From positions 1-58,815 of the forward strand of contig CAZCJA010000004.1 in assembly GCA_964499015.1 (NCBI GenBank): a stretch of 58,815 nucleotides of DNA, written 5' to 3'. The notes under the pieces are model-generated. The model was not told the DNA's origin. It saw only the letters and a program-made list of their open reading frames with translations, and made no database searches. This DNA comes from an uncultured Elusimicrobia bacterium. Its GTDB lineage: Bacteria > Elusimicrobiota > Elusimicrobia > F11. Every line of letters begins with the position of its first letter. Positions within the stretch are counted from its first letter, which is position 1. Positions 19,611 through 28,804 of this stretch are shown piece by piece. A program made the position numbers and the translations under genes.

Positions 19611-20794
19611 CCATCTCCGCGCGCGCCGCGGCGTCCCTCGCGCGCAAAAACCTTTGGATTTTCTCCAACGAGATCAACCAAGCCAAAAAAATTCCGCTTA
19701 ACCCCGGCACATGGTGCAATTTTGAGAGCGGTGGGCGCCTGGTCGCCGCCGGCTATTACAATCCGCATTCGCTGATCGCGGGCCGCGTGGTCTCGTTTGA
19801 GTCGGCGGAAGATCGCGGCGCTCTTTTGCAGACGCGTCTGCGGGCCGCCTTTGAGCGCCGCCGCGAATTATTTAAAGACGGTTCCTGCCGGCTGGTGTTT
19901 TCCGAAGCCGATTTCCTGCCCGGTCTCATCATTGATTGCTACGGGCGCACGCTGGTTTTGCAAAGCAACACCGCCGGCATGGACGACGCGTTGGTGGATT
20001 TGGAGAAGCAGGTGCCGGCCGCGTTCGAGGCGGTGTTCATGCAGAAGCCGGAGGCGTTTATCGTTCGCGCCGACTCGGGAATCCGCACGTTGGAAGGCGT
20101 CCAGTCGTTCTCGAGAATTGTGTTTGGCGACGAAGAGAAGATCCATCACGGCGTTTTTTCTGAAGCCGGCGTTCGTTTTGCTGCCGACTATTTGGACGGG
20201 CAGAAGACCGGCTTTTTTCTGGATCAGCGCGACAACCGCCGCTATTTGAAAAACCTGACGTTCGGCCAGGGAGCCGAGGTGTTGGATTTGTTTTGTTATT
20301 CCGGCGGATGGGGGATGAACGCCTTAGCCGCCGGCGCCGCGAAGGTCACGTTCGTCGATCAGAGCGCTCCCGCGTTGGAGTTGGTGAAGCAAGGCCTCGC
20401 GCTCAATTCGTTCGGCGCGGAGCGGGCCAAGCTTGTGGAAAAAGACGCGTTCGATTTTTTGGAAAGCGATAAGGAGAAATACGACGTCGTGGTTCTCGAC
20501 CCGCCGGCGTTCGTTAAATCCAAGAAAAACATTCCCCAGGCGAAAAAAGCGTACGAAAAGTGCAATCGTTTGGCTTTGAAGCGCCTGAAACCGGGGGGGT
20601 TACTGCTGACATCGAGCTGCAGCTATCATTTATCACAGGCGGATTTTCTGGAGATCGTTCAGGCCGCTTTTGGCAAGGAAGAGGTGGCCGCCCACGTCGC
20701 GTATCAAGGCGCGCAAGCGACGGACCATCCGATTTTGCTGTCGATGCCGGAGACCCGGTACCTTAAGTGCTTGGGAATAAGGAAATTAATTTAA
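19598..20794 (+). CDS. rlmI: class I SAM-dependent rRNA (cytosine-C5) methyltransferase, RlmI-like
   Basis: PUA-like N-terminus, then VLDLFCYSGGWG (SAM motif I), VVLDPPAF (motif IV) and LLTSSCS. Confidence 0.75.
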   Translation: METIAISARAAASLARKNLWIFSNEINQAKKIPLNPGTWCNFESGGRLVAAGYYNPHSLIAGRVVSFESAEDRGALLQTRLRAAFERRRELFKDGSCRLVFSEADFLPGLIIDCYGRTLVLQSNTAGMDDALVDLEKQVPAAFEAVFMQKPEAFIVRADSGIRTLEGVQSFSRIVFGDEEKIHHGVFSEAGVRFAADYLDGQKTGFFLDQRDNRRYLKNLTFGQGAEVLDLFCYSGGWGMNALAAGAAKVTFVDQSAPALELVKQGLALNSFGAERAKLVEKDAFDFLESDKEKYDVVVLDPPAFVKSKKNIPQAKKAYEKCNRLALKRLKPGGLLLTSSCSYHLSQADFLEIVQAAFGKEEVAAHVAYQGAQATDHPILLSMPETRYLKCLGIRKLI

Positions 20795-20832
20795 GAACGT
20801 CATCCCGGCCAAAAGACATGCCGGGGCGACGA

Positions 20833-21717
20833 CTATGACTCGAGAAGCTGGAACAGCCGCGCCATCTGCTTGGCGCGGACCACGTCTTTGGCTTCGGTAT
20901 AGATGTTCAGCAAATTGGCCAATGTCCGCGCCAAAATCTGCCGGTTGTTAACGGCATCCAAATACTCTTCCTTAAACGGGATCCCCAGCCGCTTCACCAA
21001 CACTTCGCAGTCCTTCTTCCTTAATATGCGCCCGCTGTTGAAGGGGTCGATGTGCACCACTCCGCGCGGCACGCGGTGCCCGACGATAAAATGCCCCGGC
21101 AGGCCAATGCCGTGCACCAGCAAACCCAGCCGCCAGCCCACCAACAGATAAATGCACGACAGCGTGATCGGAATGCCCATGCGGCGCTCCAGAACCGTGT
21201 TGAGATAAATGTTGGCGGCATCGGCATAGTTTTCTTCGTTGCCGCGGAAATTAAGCTTTTCGAAAAAATAGCGGCGCATCGCGTTCACGGGGCGCGTCGG
21301 CAAGGGTTGTTCCGTGGTGATGAGATGGGCCACGTCTTCGGCCATTTTGTCGAGCGGCTTGGAGATGTCTTCCGGTTTTAAATCCGGGTTGGCGAGAAAC
21401 GAGATCAGGTAAAGGCCGCGCTCCAGATTGATTTCATTGGCGCTCGCCAGCGCTTGAAATTGGGCTTCGACGTCTTCAAAATGAAACTCCTCAATGACCG
21501 CCTTGGCAAGCTTTTGTACGGCGGCGTTGGAGATTTTCGAGACGGAGTGCTTCAGCTGCGGCTGGCTTTTGAGCAGCGCGCGCAGCTGCGAACGGACCAA
21601 CGCGGCCGTTTGCTCGTTTTTGTCGGCCAAAAACGAGACGAGCAGTAGAAAATCTTTCTCTTCAATCCGGTTCAGCTTCATGAAATTAAGCATAAACCCT
21701 ATGAACGGAATCGGCAA
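20833..21717 (-). CDS. transglutaminase-like/TPR protein of the SirB1 (UPF0162) type
   Basis: NIYLNTVLERRMGIPITLSCIYLLVGWRLGL..GLPGHFIV core plus a C-terminal TPR-like helix pair. Start may be an internal Met. Confidence 0.6.
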   Translation of the reverse strand: MPIPFIGFMLNFMKLNRIEEKDFLLLVSFLADKNEQTAALVRSQLRALLKSQPQLKHSVSKISNAAVQKLAKAVIEEFHFEDVEAQFQALASANEINLERGLYLISFLANPDLKPEDISKPLDKMAEDVAHLITTEQPLPTRPVNAMRRYFFEKLNFRGNEENYADAANIYLNTVLERRMGIPITLSCIYLLVGWRLGLLVHGIGLPGHFIVGHRVPRGVVHIDPFNSGRILRKKDCEVLVKRLGIPFKEEYLDAVNNRQILARTLANLLNIYTEAKDVVRAKQMARLFQLLES

Positions 21718-21753
21718 GGACGCGTTGGGGTAAAATTAATAACATCCTCCGCA

Positions 21754-22842
21754 ATGAAAAACGAATGGCGCGGCGTCGCGCTGCAGATTTTGGCCGTCAA
21801 AGCGGTGGTGTTGCTCGCCGGCACGATTATTTTTCTCGCCAAATCCAATAATAACGCCCTCTTTATGCAGAGCTGGTACAAGTGGGACGCCCTTCGCTAT
21901 CTCGCCATTGCCACCGAGGGATATGCGCGCACGGGCAAATACGTCGAAAATGTCGTGTTCTACCCGCTCTTCCCCGCTTTCATCCGTCTCTTTAGCTTTC
22001 CTGTATTCAATTTTCAATTGGGCGGTTTCATCGCCGCGCATTTTTTTTCGTTTGCCGGATTGATGACGTTCTATGCATTGGCCCGCCATGAGCTCGGCAC
22101 CGAAAACGCGCGCTTGTCATTGTTAGCGCTGCTCGTTTTCCCAACGGCATATTTCTTTCACGTTCCATACACCGAAGGTTTGTTTCTTTTATGCGCCGCG
22201 GGTTCGCTGTACGCGGCGCGAACGGGCCGCTGGTGGCTGGCTGGCGTGGCGGGCGCCGCGGCGGTGCTGACGCGCGTCACCGGTCTCGCTCTTTTTCCGG
22301 CGTTGGTCGTGGAGTTTTACATGCAGCGCCGCGAGACGGGCATTTCTTGGAAACATTCGGCCTGGCTTATGCTCCTGCCGATTGCCTGCGGCGTATATTT
22401 GCTGATCAATAAAACGATTACCGGGGACTGCTTTGCGTTTATGAAATTTCAAGCGTCGTCTTGGAACCGTCAACTGGCATTTCCGTGGATGGCGTTTTGG
22501 CGAAAGTTCATGATGATCATTACACAACGGCCCAGCGGGTATTGGTTCCACGTGGGCATCATGGAATTGGCGGCGGGGCTTTTGTTGATCGCGGGGGCGA
22601 TTCAGACGTTTCGTAAAGACCGTCCGACCTACGGCGTGTTCGTTCTAGGGGTGGCTCTGTTGAGTTTAAGTACGACATTCATGCTTAGCGTGCCGCGTTA
22701 TTTTCTGGGCGCGTTTCCCATTTTCTTTTTGCACCTTCGGACGGGGAAAAAGTCCCCGCTCGTCACGGCGGCCGCGCTGGCAATGGCCGTGTTGTATGGG
22801 TTTTACTTCACGCGCTATTTGAAAGGCGCGTGGGCGTTTTAG
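21754..22842 (+). CDS. GT-C fold membrane glycosyltransferase (PIG-V-like mannosyltransferase family)
   Basis: About 9 hydrophobic segments. WYKWDALRYLAIATEGY...FYPLFPAFIRL matches the WD..Y..IA..GY / FFPLYP signature of PIG-V-type mannosyltransferases. Confidence 0.6.
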   Translation: MKNEWRGVALQILAVKAVVLLAGTIIFLAKSNNNALFMQSWYKWDALRYLAIATEGYARTGKYVENVVFYPLFPAFIRLFSFPVFNFQLGGFIAAHFFSFAGLMTFYALARHELGTENARLSLLALLVFPTAYFFHVPYTEGLFLLCAAGSLYAARTGRWWLAGVAGAAAVLTRVTGLALFPALVVEFYMQRRETGISWKHSAWLMLLPIACGVYLLINKTITGDCFAFMKFQASSWNRQLAFPWMAFWRKFMMIITQRPSGYWFHVGIMELAAGLLLIAGAIQTFRKDRPTYGVFVLGVALLSLSTTFMLSVPRYFLGAFPIFFLHLRTGKKSPLVTAAALAMAVLYGFYFTRYLKGAWAF

Positions 22843-22844
22843 AT

Positions 22845-24350
22845 ATGGCCAAGCTGAAGCGTTTTTCTTTCCCGATAGCGCTTGGATTATTTCTTCTATT
22901 CGTTTCTTTTTACCTGTTCAACTGCGCTAAGTGGTTGCCGTTCGACTTCGATGAAATCGAGCACGCGCATGCCTCTTGGATGATCTCAGCGGGGCTTAAG
23001 CCTTATGCTGACTTTCATGAGATGCACACGCCATTCTTTTGGCTGCTTTATTCGCCATTTCTGCGCAATCTCCCGCCCGTTTTTGAATCCTTGATTGTCT
23101 TAAGGCAAATCAACATAGCCTTCTCGATATTGGCGCTGCTCTTTCTGGCTTTGTTGATTCGTAAAAGTGTCGCCGGCGCCCAAAAAGACTGGGCGGTGAT
23201 AGGCGCCTTGCTTTTAATGGTTGTTCAGCCCAACGTGGTTCAGGTGCTGACTGACTTTCGAGCGGACCATTTGTCTTTGGCTCTGGCATTGCTTGCGCTG
23301 TTGTTGGTGCCTGACGGAGATCGGCGTAATTATTTTCGAGCGTGGTTTTTTCCGGCGTTCATTATGACATCCGGCTTGTTGTTAGACAGCAAGCTGGTTT
23401 TTCTGGCGGTCGGCGGATTTGGCCTTCATTTCTTTTTCAATTTTCAAGAAAACCGGAATAGCTTCAAGCCTTTCGTGTTGGGTGTCGGTTGCGGAATCAT
23501 AGCCGCGATTGGCGGAGCCGTACTTCTCTGCGCGTTAAATGGGATTGATATTAAAAAACTTATTCAGCTGACATTTGTGTTCCACTACCGTCTTAATCAA
23601 TCCTTGTCCATGAACCAGGGCCTCGCGCAGGAGTTGGTGAGCCAGGTCACAAAACAATATGCGGCGCCGCTGGTGATTTTTTTATTGGGGCTAGGAGCCA
23701 TTTCCAGTGAGGTGTTTAAACACCGCGCTAAGACGGAGCGCCTTTCGTTGATTGTTGTCGGTTTTATTTTGGTCCAAGTAAGCTTGGTTAAATTTCCCTT
23801 TAAGCAATATGTCTACTCGATCTATTTGCTATGGGCCGCCCCCATGGCTTTGTTCTTATCCAGAGGCTTTCAGGGGCGATGGCGATGGGCCAGTGTTGGC
23901 TTACTATTGTTGCTTCTAATTCCCAGCGTAGGGTTTGAATGGGGGCGCTGGCAGCAAATAAAAAACAAGCAATACACCAAAGATCAGATTCAGACAGGTA
24001 ACCGGATTCTCCAATTGGTTCCCCCCGATGCCCATGTTTTTGCCCAGCCGCCATTTCATCCGATTTTTCGAAAAGATTCACTTTATTCTTGGATTGAACA
24101 TGTAGCACCTCAAGGGTCTTCAACCGAAGATCTAATGATGGGCTTTCCCGATTTCCGCGACCTGTTTACAGCGGAGGGGTATGAGAAGCAGTTAACAGAA
24201 CGCCCGCCTATGTTGGTCGTGATCGCCTCGGGGTCGGAGAGAGGATATGCGAAGGCGATTCGAAAATTCGTGACCCTTCCAGCGCACAGTTATCAGTCGT
24301 ATCCGATGGGGGGATACACGGTTTATTTATCCCAAGCAAGCGACCGGTAG
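22845..24350 (+). CDS. GT-C fold membrane glycosyltransferase (ArnT/PMT-like)
   Basis: Polytopic, with the acidic first-loop motif FDFDEIEHAHASWM and a soluble C-terminal domain. The ATG at 22845 lies 3 nt after the stop of the upstream gene; the track start is a GTG at 22830. Visibly more AT-rich than neighbouring genes. Confidence 0.55.
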   Translation: MAKLKRFSFPIALGLFLLFVSFYLFNCAKWLPFDFDEIEHAHASWMISAGLKPYADFHEMHTPFFWLLYSPFLRNLPPVFESLIVLRQINIAFSILALLFLALLIRKSVAGAQKDWAVIGALLLMVVQPNVVQVLTDFRADHLSLALALLALLLVPDGDRRNYFRAWFFPAFIMTSGLLLDSKLVFLAVGGFGLHFFFNFQENRNSFKPFVLGVGCGIIAAIGGAVLLCALNGIDIKKLIQLTFVFHYRLNQSLSMNQGLAQELVSQVTKQYAAPLVIFLLGLGAISSEVFKHRAKTERLSLIVVGFILVQVSLVKFPFKQYVYSIYLLWAAPMALFLSRGFQGRWRWASVGLLLLLLIPSVGFEWGRWQQIKNKQYTKDQIQTGNRILQLVPPDAHVFAQPPFHPIFRKDSLYSWIEHVAPQGSSTEDLMMGFPDFRDLFTAEGYEKQLTERPPMLVVIASGSERGYAKAIRKFVTLPAHSYQSYPMGGYTVYLSQASDR

Positions 24351-24398
24351 TCAGTTCAGGGTAAGTTTTCGTCGAAAATGCTATAGATATGGCCCTTC

Positions 24399-24482
24399 GG
24401 GTCGGTGGCAGAGCGGTCAAATGCACCAGACTGTAAATCTGGCGGGCTACGCCCTACGAAGGTTCGAATCCTTCCCGGCCCA
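24399..24482 (+). tRNA. tRNA-Tyr (anticodon GTA), class II with long variable arm
   Basis: Acceptor GGGTCGG/CCGGCCC (one U-G pair), D-arm GCAGAGCGGTCAAATGC, anticodon loop CTGTAAA, long variable arm GGCGGGCTACGCCCTAC, T-arm GAAGGTTCGAATCCTTC, discriminator A. CCA is not encoded. Confidence 0.9.
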
Positions 24483-24492
24483 TATCCAATTT

Positions 24493-25092
24493 ATGATTCA
24501 ACGCGCGTTACTCCTTATGTTTCCTCTAACCTTGGCCCTTCCGCTGCGCGCGGAACCCTTGACGTTTGCCTTATCGAGTGAGAACGGGCCGCGGCAAATC
24601 CGTTTTACCTCCCAAGCCCCGCTGGAAGTGGTTGAAGGATCGGCTGAAAGCTTTTCCGGAAGCGCCACGCTCGATTTCGATGCCGAACCGGTCATTTCGG
24701 AAGCGTCCGTGTACGTCGAAGTAAAAGGCATGCAGACCGGGGTGCCGCTGCGCGACACTCACATGAAGTCCGCCGAATGGCTGGATGCCGCGGCCTACCC
24801 CAACATTCTTTTCACGCTGACCAGCGTGGGCCTCGCCAAGAAAAAAAACAAAGACACATGGTTTGTGAACGCACAGGGGGGATTTTCAATGCGCGGCATC
24901 AACACAACGGTCGCGGTGCCGCTGACCATCACGCGCAAAAAACGCGGCAAGCAAGAAGAAATCACGGTTTCCGGGCGGTTTAACGTCAAACTTTCGGAAC
25001 ACGGCGTGCGGGGACCGGCGGGAATGCGCATGATCGGCGCGCGCGTCGCGGATGTGGTGCGCGTTGATTTAAAACTTATAGGAATTCGTTAG
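24493..25092 (+). CDS. YceI-family (polyisoprenoid-binding) periplasmic protein
   Basis: Signal peptide MIQRALLLMFPLTLALPLRA. YceI-like blocks VEVKGMQTGVPLRDTHMKSAEWLDAAAYPNILF. The start is set after tRNA-Tyr; the track ORF 24421 overlaps the tRNA. Confidence 0.8.
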   Translation: MIQRALLLMFPLTLALPLRAEPLTFALSSENGPRQIRFTSQAPLEVVEGSAESFSGSATLDFDAEPVISEASVYVEVKGMQTGVPLRDTHMKSAEWLDAAAYPNILFTLTSVGLAKKKNKDTWFVNAQGGFSMRGINTTVAVPLTITRKKRGKQEEITVSGRFNVKLSEHGVRGPAGMRMIGARVADVVRVDLKLIGIR

Positions 25093-26531
25093 TCGATAAC
25101 GACAAGCTTCCCATTTTTGGAAATTCCCGGCGCCCGTATCCGATACAGATAAACCCCCGGTCCCACGCGCGAGTTGCGCGAGTTCAGAGCGTTCCATTCG
25201 ATAAAATCCACCGCTAAGCCATTTGTGTACGTTGTTAATGTGCGCACGTCCTGCCCATTGGTTTCAAAAATATCCCAGATCACCTCGCCCGGTCCCGTCG
25301 CATTGAAATGAAGCTTTGCGGTCTCATTGCCGGCCGCGTTGATATAGCCATTGAGCCCGCCTTGAAGGCGATGCATCCCCGGAGAAAGCGCGAGCAATCC
25401 TTCCTTAACCGGCGGGTCGATAACCAATCTGTCCTGTGCGGGCGGCATTAGGAGAGTGTAAATACCGGTATTATCGGTCACGGCGGCCGCCCGTTCGGCG
25501 GAAACACCCCAGGCGTACACCGGGACGGCTCGCGCCGTGTGCACGGTTGACCCAAAGGTGGCCGCCGACGTTGACGGCACGACGCCCGGCTCGTTGGATG
25601 TGGCCGACACATTTAAATTTCCAGTCTCGTGATCGGACGTAACGATAATCAACGTGTCGTCGCGACCGGCGGCCCAATCCATCGCTGCCTGCACAGCGTT
25701 CGAAAATGACTCCATCTCGGTCACCAGATACATCAGCCGGCGGTTGGGGTCGGCGTTTGTTTCGTTGTGCCCGGCAACGTCGATACCTTCGTTTTCGACC
25801 AAAAGGAAAAAGCCGTTGGGGTTGTTGTCGAGAACGGACAGGGCGGATACGGTCATTTCCGTAAGCGACGGCTCATTGGGCGCGGTTGTGGAGCGCTTCG
25901 CTTCCCATTCCATCTGCGAATGAGGGCGAAAGTGGCCGGACAAAAAAGTTGTGTTCTCCGTGTCCAGTGCAAGCAGCTCCGCCCGCCGGGTGAGGGCCGT
26001 GTATCCGCTGCTCATGGCGCTGACGGAACTGAAATACAGGCTTGCGCCCATCACCACATTGGGCCGTGACTGAGTAAGGTAATGCGCGGCGATGGCGGCG
26101 CGAGAATTACGGTTTGCCGCGTGCGCACCGAATGCGGCGGGAGTGGCGTCAGTTACGTCGGCGTTGGTCACCAGTCCTGTATGTTTTCCGGCGGACTTGT
26201 AATATTCGAGCACTGTCGGTAAATCGGCGCCGTTGCCGGGAATCTGTTTGGAAATCACCCCATTGTTAACCTTCTGGCCGGTGGCCATTGCGGTCGCACT
26301 GGCTCCCGAATCCGTGACGGCGTTGTTGGCGGACGCGGTTGTCATCTGGGATTTTGTCGGGAATGCTTCAAAACGCAGAGTTCCCGCCGCTCCATGGAGA
26401 TACAGGCCGCCCGCTTTTACATGGTCAAACCCCATTCCATCGCCGATAAAGAGAATGATGTTCTTGGGAGTTTTTGCTTCTGCCCAGCACAGGGCCTGCA
26501 TTAAGAAGAAAAACAGGGCAATTTTTTTCAC
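25089..26531 (-). CDS. phoA: alkaline phosphatase (PhoA family) with FlgD-Ig/T9SS-like C-terminal domain
   Basis: FIGDGMG, active-site TDSGASATA, ENEGIDVAGHNE, TSDHETG, HTARAVPVYAWG. The extra ~100-aa C-terminal beta domain ends in GPGVYLYRIRAPGISKNGKLVVID. Confidence 0.9.
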   Translation of the reverse strand: MKKIALFFFLMQALCWAEAKTPKNIILFIGDGMGFDHVKAGGLYLHGAAGTLRFEAFPTKSQMTTASANNAVTDSGASATAMATGQKVNNGVISKQIPGNGADLPTVLEYYKSAGKHTGLVTNADVTDATPAAFGAHAANRNSRAAIAAHYLTQSRPNVVMGASLYFSSVSAMSSGYTALTRRAELLALDTENTTFLSGHFRPHSQMEWEAKRSTTAPNEPSLTEMTVSALSVLDNNPNGFFLLVENEGIDVAGHNETNADPNRRLMYLVTEMESFSNAVQAAMDWAAGRDDTLIIVTSDHETGNLNVSATSNEPGVVPSTSAATFGSTVHTARAVPVYAWGVSAERAAAVTDNTGIYTLLMPPAQDRLVIDPPVKEGLLALSPGMHRLQGGLNGYINAAGNETAKLHFNATGPGEVIWDIFETNGQDVRTLTTYTNGLAVDFIEWNALNSRNSRVGPGVYLYRIRAPGISKNGKLVVID

Positions 26532-27427
26532 GGGCGCCCTCCAGAGTCGCGAAATTGATAAGTGAGACTGACGCGGTGCAGGTCGTTGAATTGGCTGGCC
26601 AGTCCGAACGCGTAGCCGATTTCCATGCTTTGAAACGCGAAGCCGATGCCAGCCGAAAAACCTTTCGCCGCGTAGCCTGTTTGGTAGCCGGCGCGTAGAG
26701 TGAGAGGCGCAAGCCCGATTTCGAGGCCGAGCGCCGGGCGCAGTTTTTCTTCGTTAATGTCGTACGGCGCATCAAGGAGTAGCAGAGCGGGATTCGACCG
26801 TTTGCCGATTTGCCGAGTCACGCCGATACGCGCCACGCGCGGCAACGCGTGTTCATGGCGGATGTACTGCAGGCGCTTGCCGAAATTTTGCAGCGCGCCG
26901 CCCACAGTGTATTTACGGCCAAGAAAAATTTGGACGCCGGCGTCGACGGCCATGGTGCTGGCTTTTCTGGATTCGGCCAGTTCCGATGATAAATATTTAC
27001 CGCTCACGCCCGCTTTGAACCCGCCGACGCTGCGCGCATAGCTTAAGCCCGCCATGAGATCTTTTTGGGCGGTCACAGTTCGCGCCGATACGCCATCGAA
27101 CAGTTCGACGTCCCCGCCGTTGTAGTAGCCGATGGAAATTCCGAGCGCGTGATGCGGGGTTGCCGCGCCGTACAACACTTGCCCGAAGGCGTCATCCGAC
27201 AGGCCTTTTTTATAAAGCAGGGACGCTTGCGGGAAAGCGAGGGTGGCGAGTGAGGCCGGGTTGTAAGTTTGCGCCGAAACATCGTTATTCGCGGCGGTAA
27301 AGGCTTCGCCGAGCGCGGATGCGCGCGCACTGGGCGATTCGAGCAGCGTCAGCCCCGCCGCATGCAGCGTGTATGCGTTTGAAATCAGAGCCCCAAACAA
27401 AAAGCTGCCGAGCCAACGTCTCGCCAT
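26528..27427 (-). CDS. PorV/PorQ-like outer-membrane beta-barrel
   Basis: The signal peptide is followed by SARASALGEAFTAANNDVSAQTYNPASLA, matching the PorV/PorQ-type pattern gARa.alGgAf.A..dD..a...NPAgL. Alternating beta-strand pattern throughout. 4-nt overlap with phoA. Confidence 0.6.
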   Translation of the reverse strand: MARRWLGSFLFGALISNAYTLHAAGLTLLESPSARASALGEAFTAANNDVSAQTYNPASLATLAFPQASLLYKKGLSDDAFGQVLYGAATPHHALGISIGYYNGGDVELFDGVSARTVTAQKDLMAGLSYARSVGGFKAGVSGKYLSSELAESRKASTMAVDAGVQIFLGRKYTVGGALQNFGKRLQYIRHEHALPRVARIGVTRQIGKRSNPALLLLDAPYDINEEKLRPALGLEIGLAPLTLRAGYQTGYAAKGFSAGIGFAFQSMEIGYAFGLASQFNDLHRVSLTYQFRDSGGRP

Positions 27428-27505
27428 AATGAAAGGATGACAGGCGTTCTCTTAAGAAGACTTTAAGAGCGGGTTAAGAGGTGATGAACAGGGTTTGCCG
27501 CGTGT

Positions 27506-28804
27506 TTACGGTAGGAAGCGCTCGCGCGCGAAAAGGTTAAACAGCACCTTGCTGCGCAGCGCGGCAAGTTTCGGATCTTCAAATTGTTTGTCCCGTTTCT
27601 TGTCGCGCGGGCTCTCCGTGTAACTCCGCAATAATATCCGCCGCACCACAGGCTCCTTCTCTTTCTTTTTATTTTTTTTGGTGTCGGCGAATGGCGGACG
27701 GTCGCGTTCGGCGCGGACGCGGGCCAGCGCCGCGGCCAGTTGCGGAAGGGCGGCGTCGCGCAAATAAGCGCTGCCGGGCAAGAAGAGCCGGTCGTGCTGC
27801 ATTTCAATCATCATCACCTGTTCGTTCTCGCGAACCGAAATCCATTCGGCGGTCGATTCCAAGTGCGGCACGGGCGGAGAGATTTTGCCGTGCATCAGCG
27901 GCTCATCTTTCAGCGTAACGCCCGGCATCATAATTTCGACGCCGCTTTCAGCGGAGGCTTTCACCGTGATACGGTCGTCGGCAAATTTGCGTCCCAGTGA
28001 TTTTTCCAAATAGGTTTTCCACAGGCGCCGCCGCGCCTCCGCCAAGATTTCGTCGCTCGCGGGTTCGGCCAGCGTCACCGTCCACGAGGACGGATAAAGC
28101 GAGAGCAAGCGCGCCGCATCTTCCAAATACAGCTTGGCTTCGTCGCGGAAGTCGGCGCGGTCTTTTTTGTAAACGCGCGAAGAGAATAAAACCGCGGCTC
28201 CTTCCTCATCGCGCTTAAGCACCGACATAAAGCGGAACGCCTCACCCGGCCAGCTTTCCGCAACGCCGGACGAATGAATAACGATAAAGGAAACATAGGC
28301 GCGGTTGGGGTTCAAAATGAATTGACCGTCGGCCATGCCATCCCACGATTGCTCCGGGACGGGGAAATTTTCACCTTTCTGCTCGTAAACGACGCGGTCG
28401 TTCTCATCCACCACACGGAATTCCCAATACGGCGCTTTCACGTTGGCTGAAGGGGGGGCTGGTAGGGCTTTTCGTTTGGCGCCGGGATCGTTTTTAAACG
28501 GCAGAGCTTGGGCGATAAAAGGGGCGGCGGGAATCATGGGCAAACCGTAGCGGGTGTTGTTGGACAGCGTCGCTTCTTTTACGGCTTCGTCAATACTGAG
28601 CGGAATGACTTCGGATTCAACGGCGGATTTGCCCCCATCCAGCGAGAACGTCAATTCATCGGCGTTGGGAATGTCGGGGTTGGGAGAGAGAGTTTCGAGT
28701 TTCACTTTGCCATGCGCTTCGCCGGAAATGGTGACGTCCAGCGGAGCCGCGGCGGCGTGTGTGTAGAGTGCGAAAACGGTCAAAACGGCGAAGCCGATTT
28801 TCAT
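27506..28804 (-). CDS. hypothetical secreted protein (possible degenerate OmpA-like C-terminal region)
   Basis: Signal peptide MKIGFAVLTVFALYTHAAA. LFLPGSAYLRDAALPQLAAALARV resembles the start of an OmpA/MotB C-domain. 4-nt overlap with the upstream TPR gene. Confidence 0.55.
   Translation of the reverse strand: MKIGFAVLTVFALYTHAAAAPLDVTISGEAHGKVKLETLSPNPDIPNADELTFSLDGGKSAVESEVIPLSIDEAVKEATLSNNTRYGLPMIPAAPFIAQALPFKNDPGAKRKALPAPPSANVKAPYWEFRVVDENDRVVYEQKGENFPVPEQSWDGMADGQFILNPNRAYVSFIVIHSSGVAESWPGEAFRFMSVLKRDEEGAAVLFSSRVYKKDRADFRDEAKLYLEDAARLLSLYPSSWTVTLAEPASDEILAEARRRLWKTYLEKSLGRKFADDRITVKASAESGVEIMMPGVTLKDEPLMHGKISPPVPHLESTAEWISVRENEQVMMIEMQHDRLFLPGSAYLRDAALPQLAAALARVRAERDRPPFADTKKNKKKEKEPVVRRILLRSYTESPRDKKRDKQFEDPKLAALRSKVLFNLFARERFLP

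Noticed and set aside
24421-24492. N-terminal extension of the yceI ORF as given in the track
   Set aside because: It overlaps tRNA-Tyr on the same strand. A proper signal peptide begins at the ATG at 24493.
24841-24848. A8 tract in yceI, and a T8 tract at 27672-27679, considered as possible phase-variation slippage sites
   Set aside because: They are short, lie in frame encoding lysine-rich linkers, and show no sign of frameshifted alternative ORFs.
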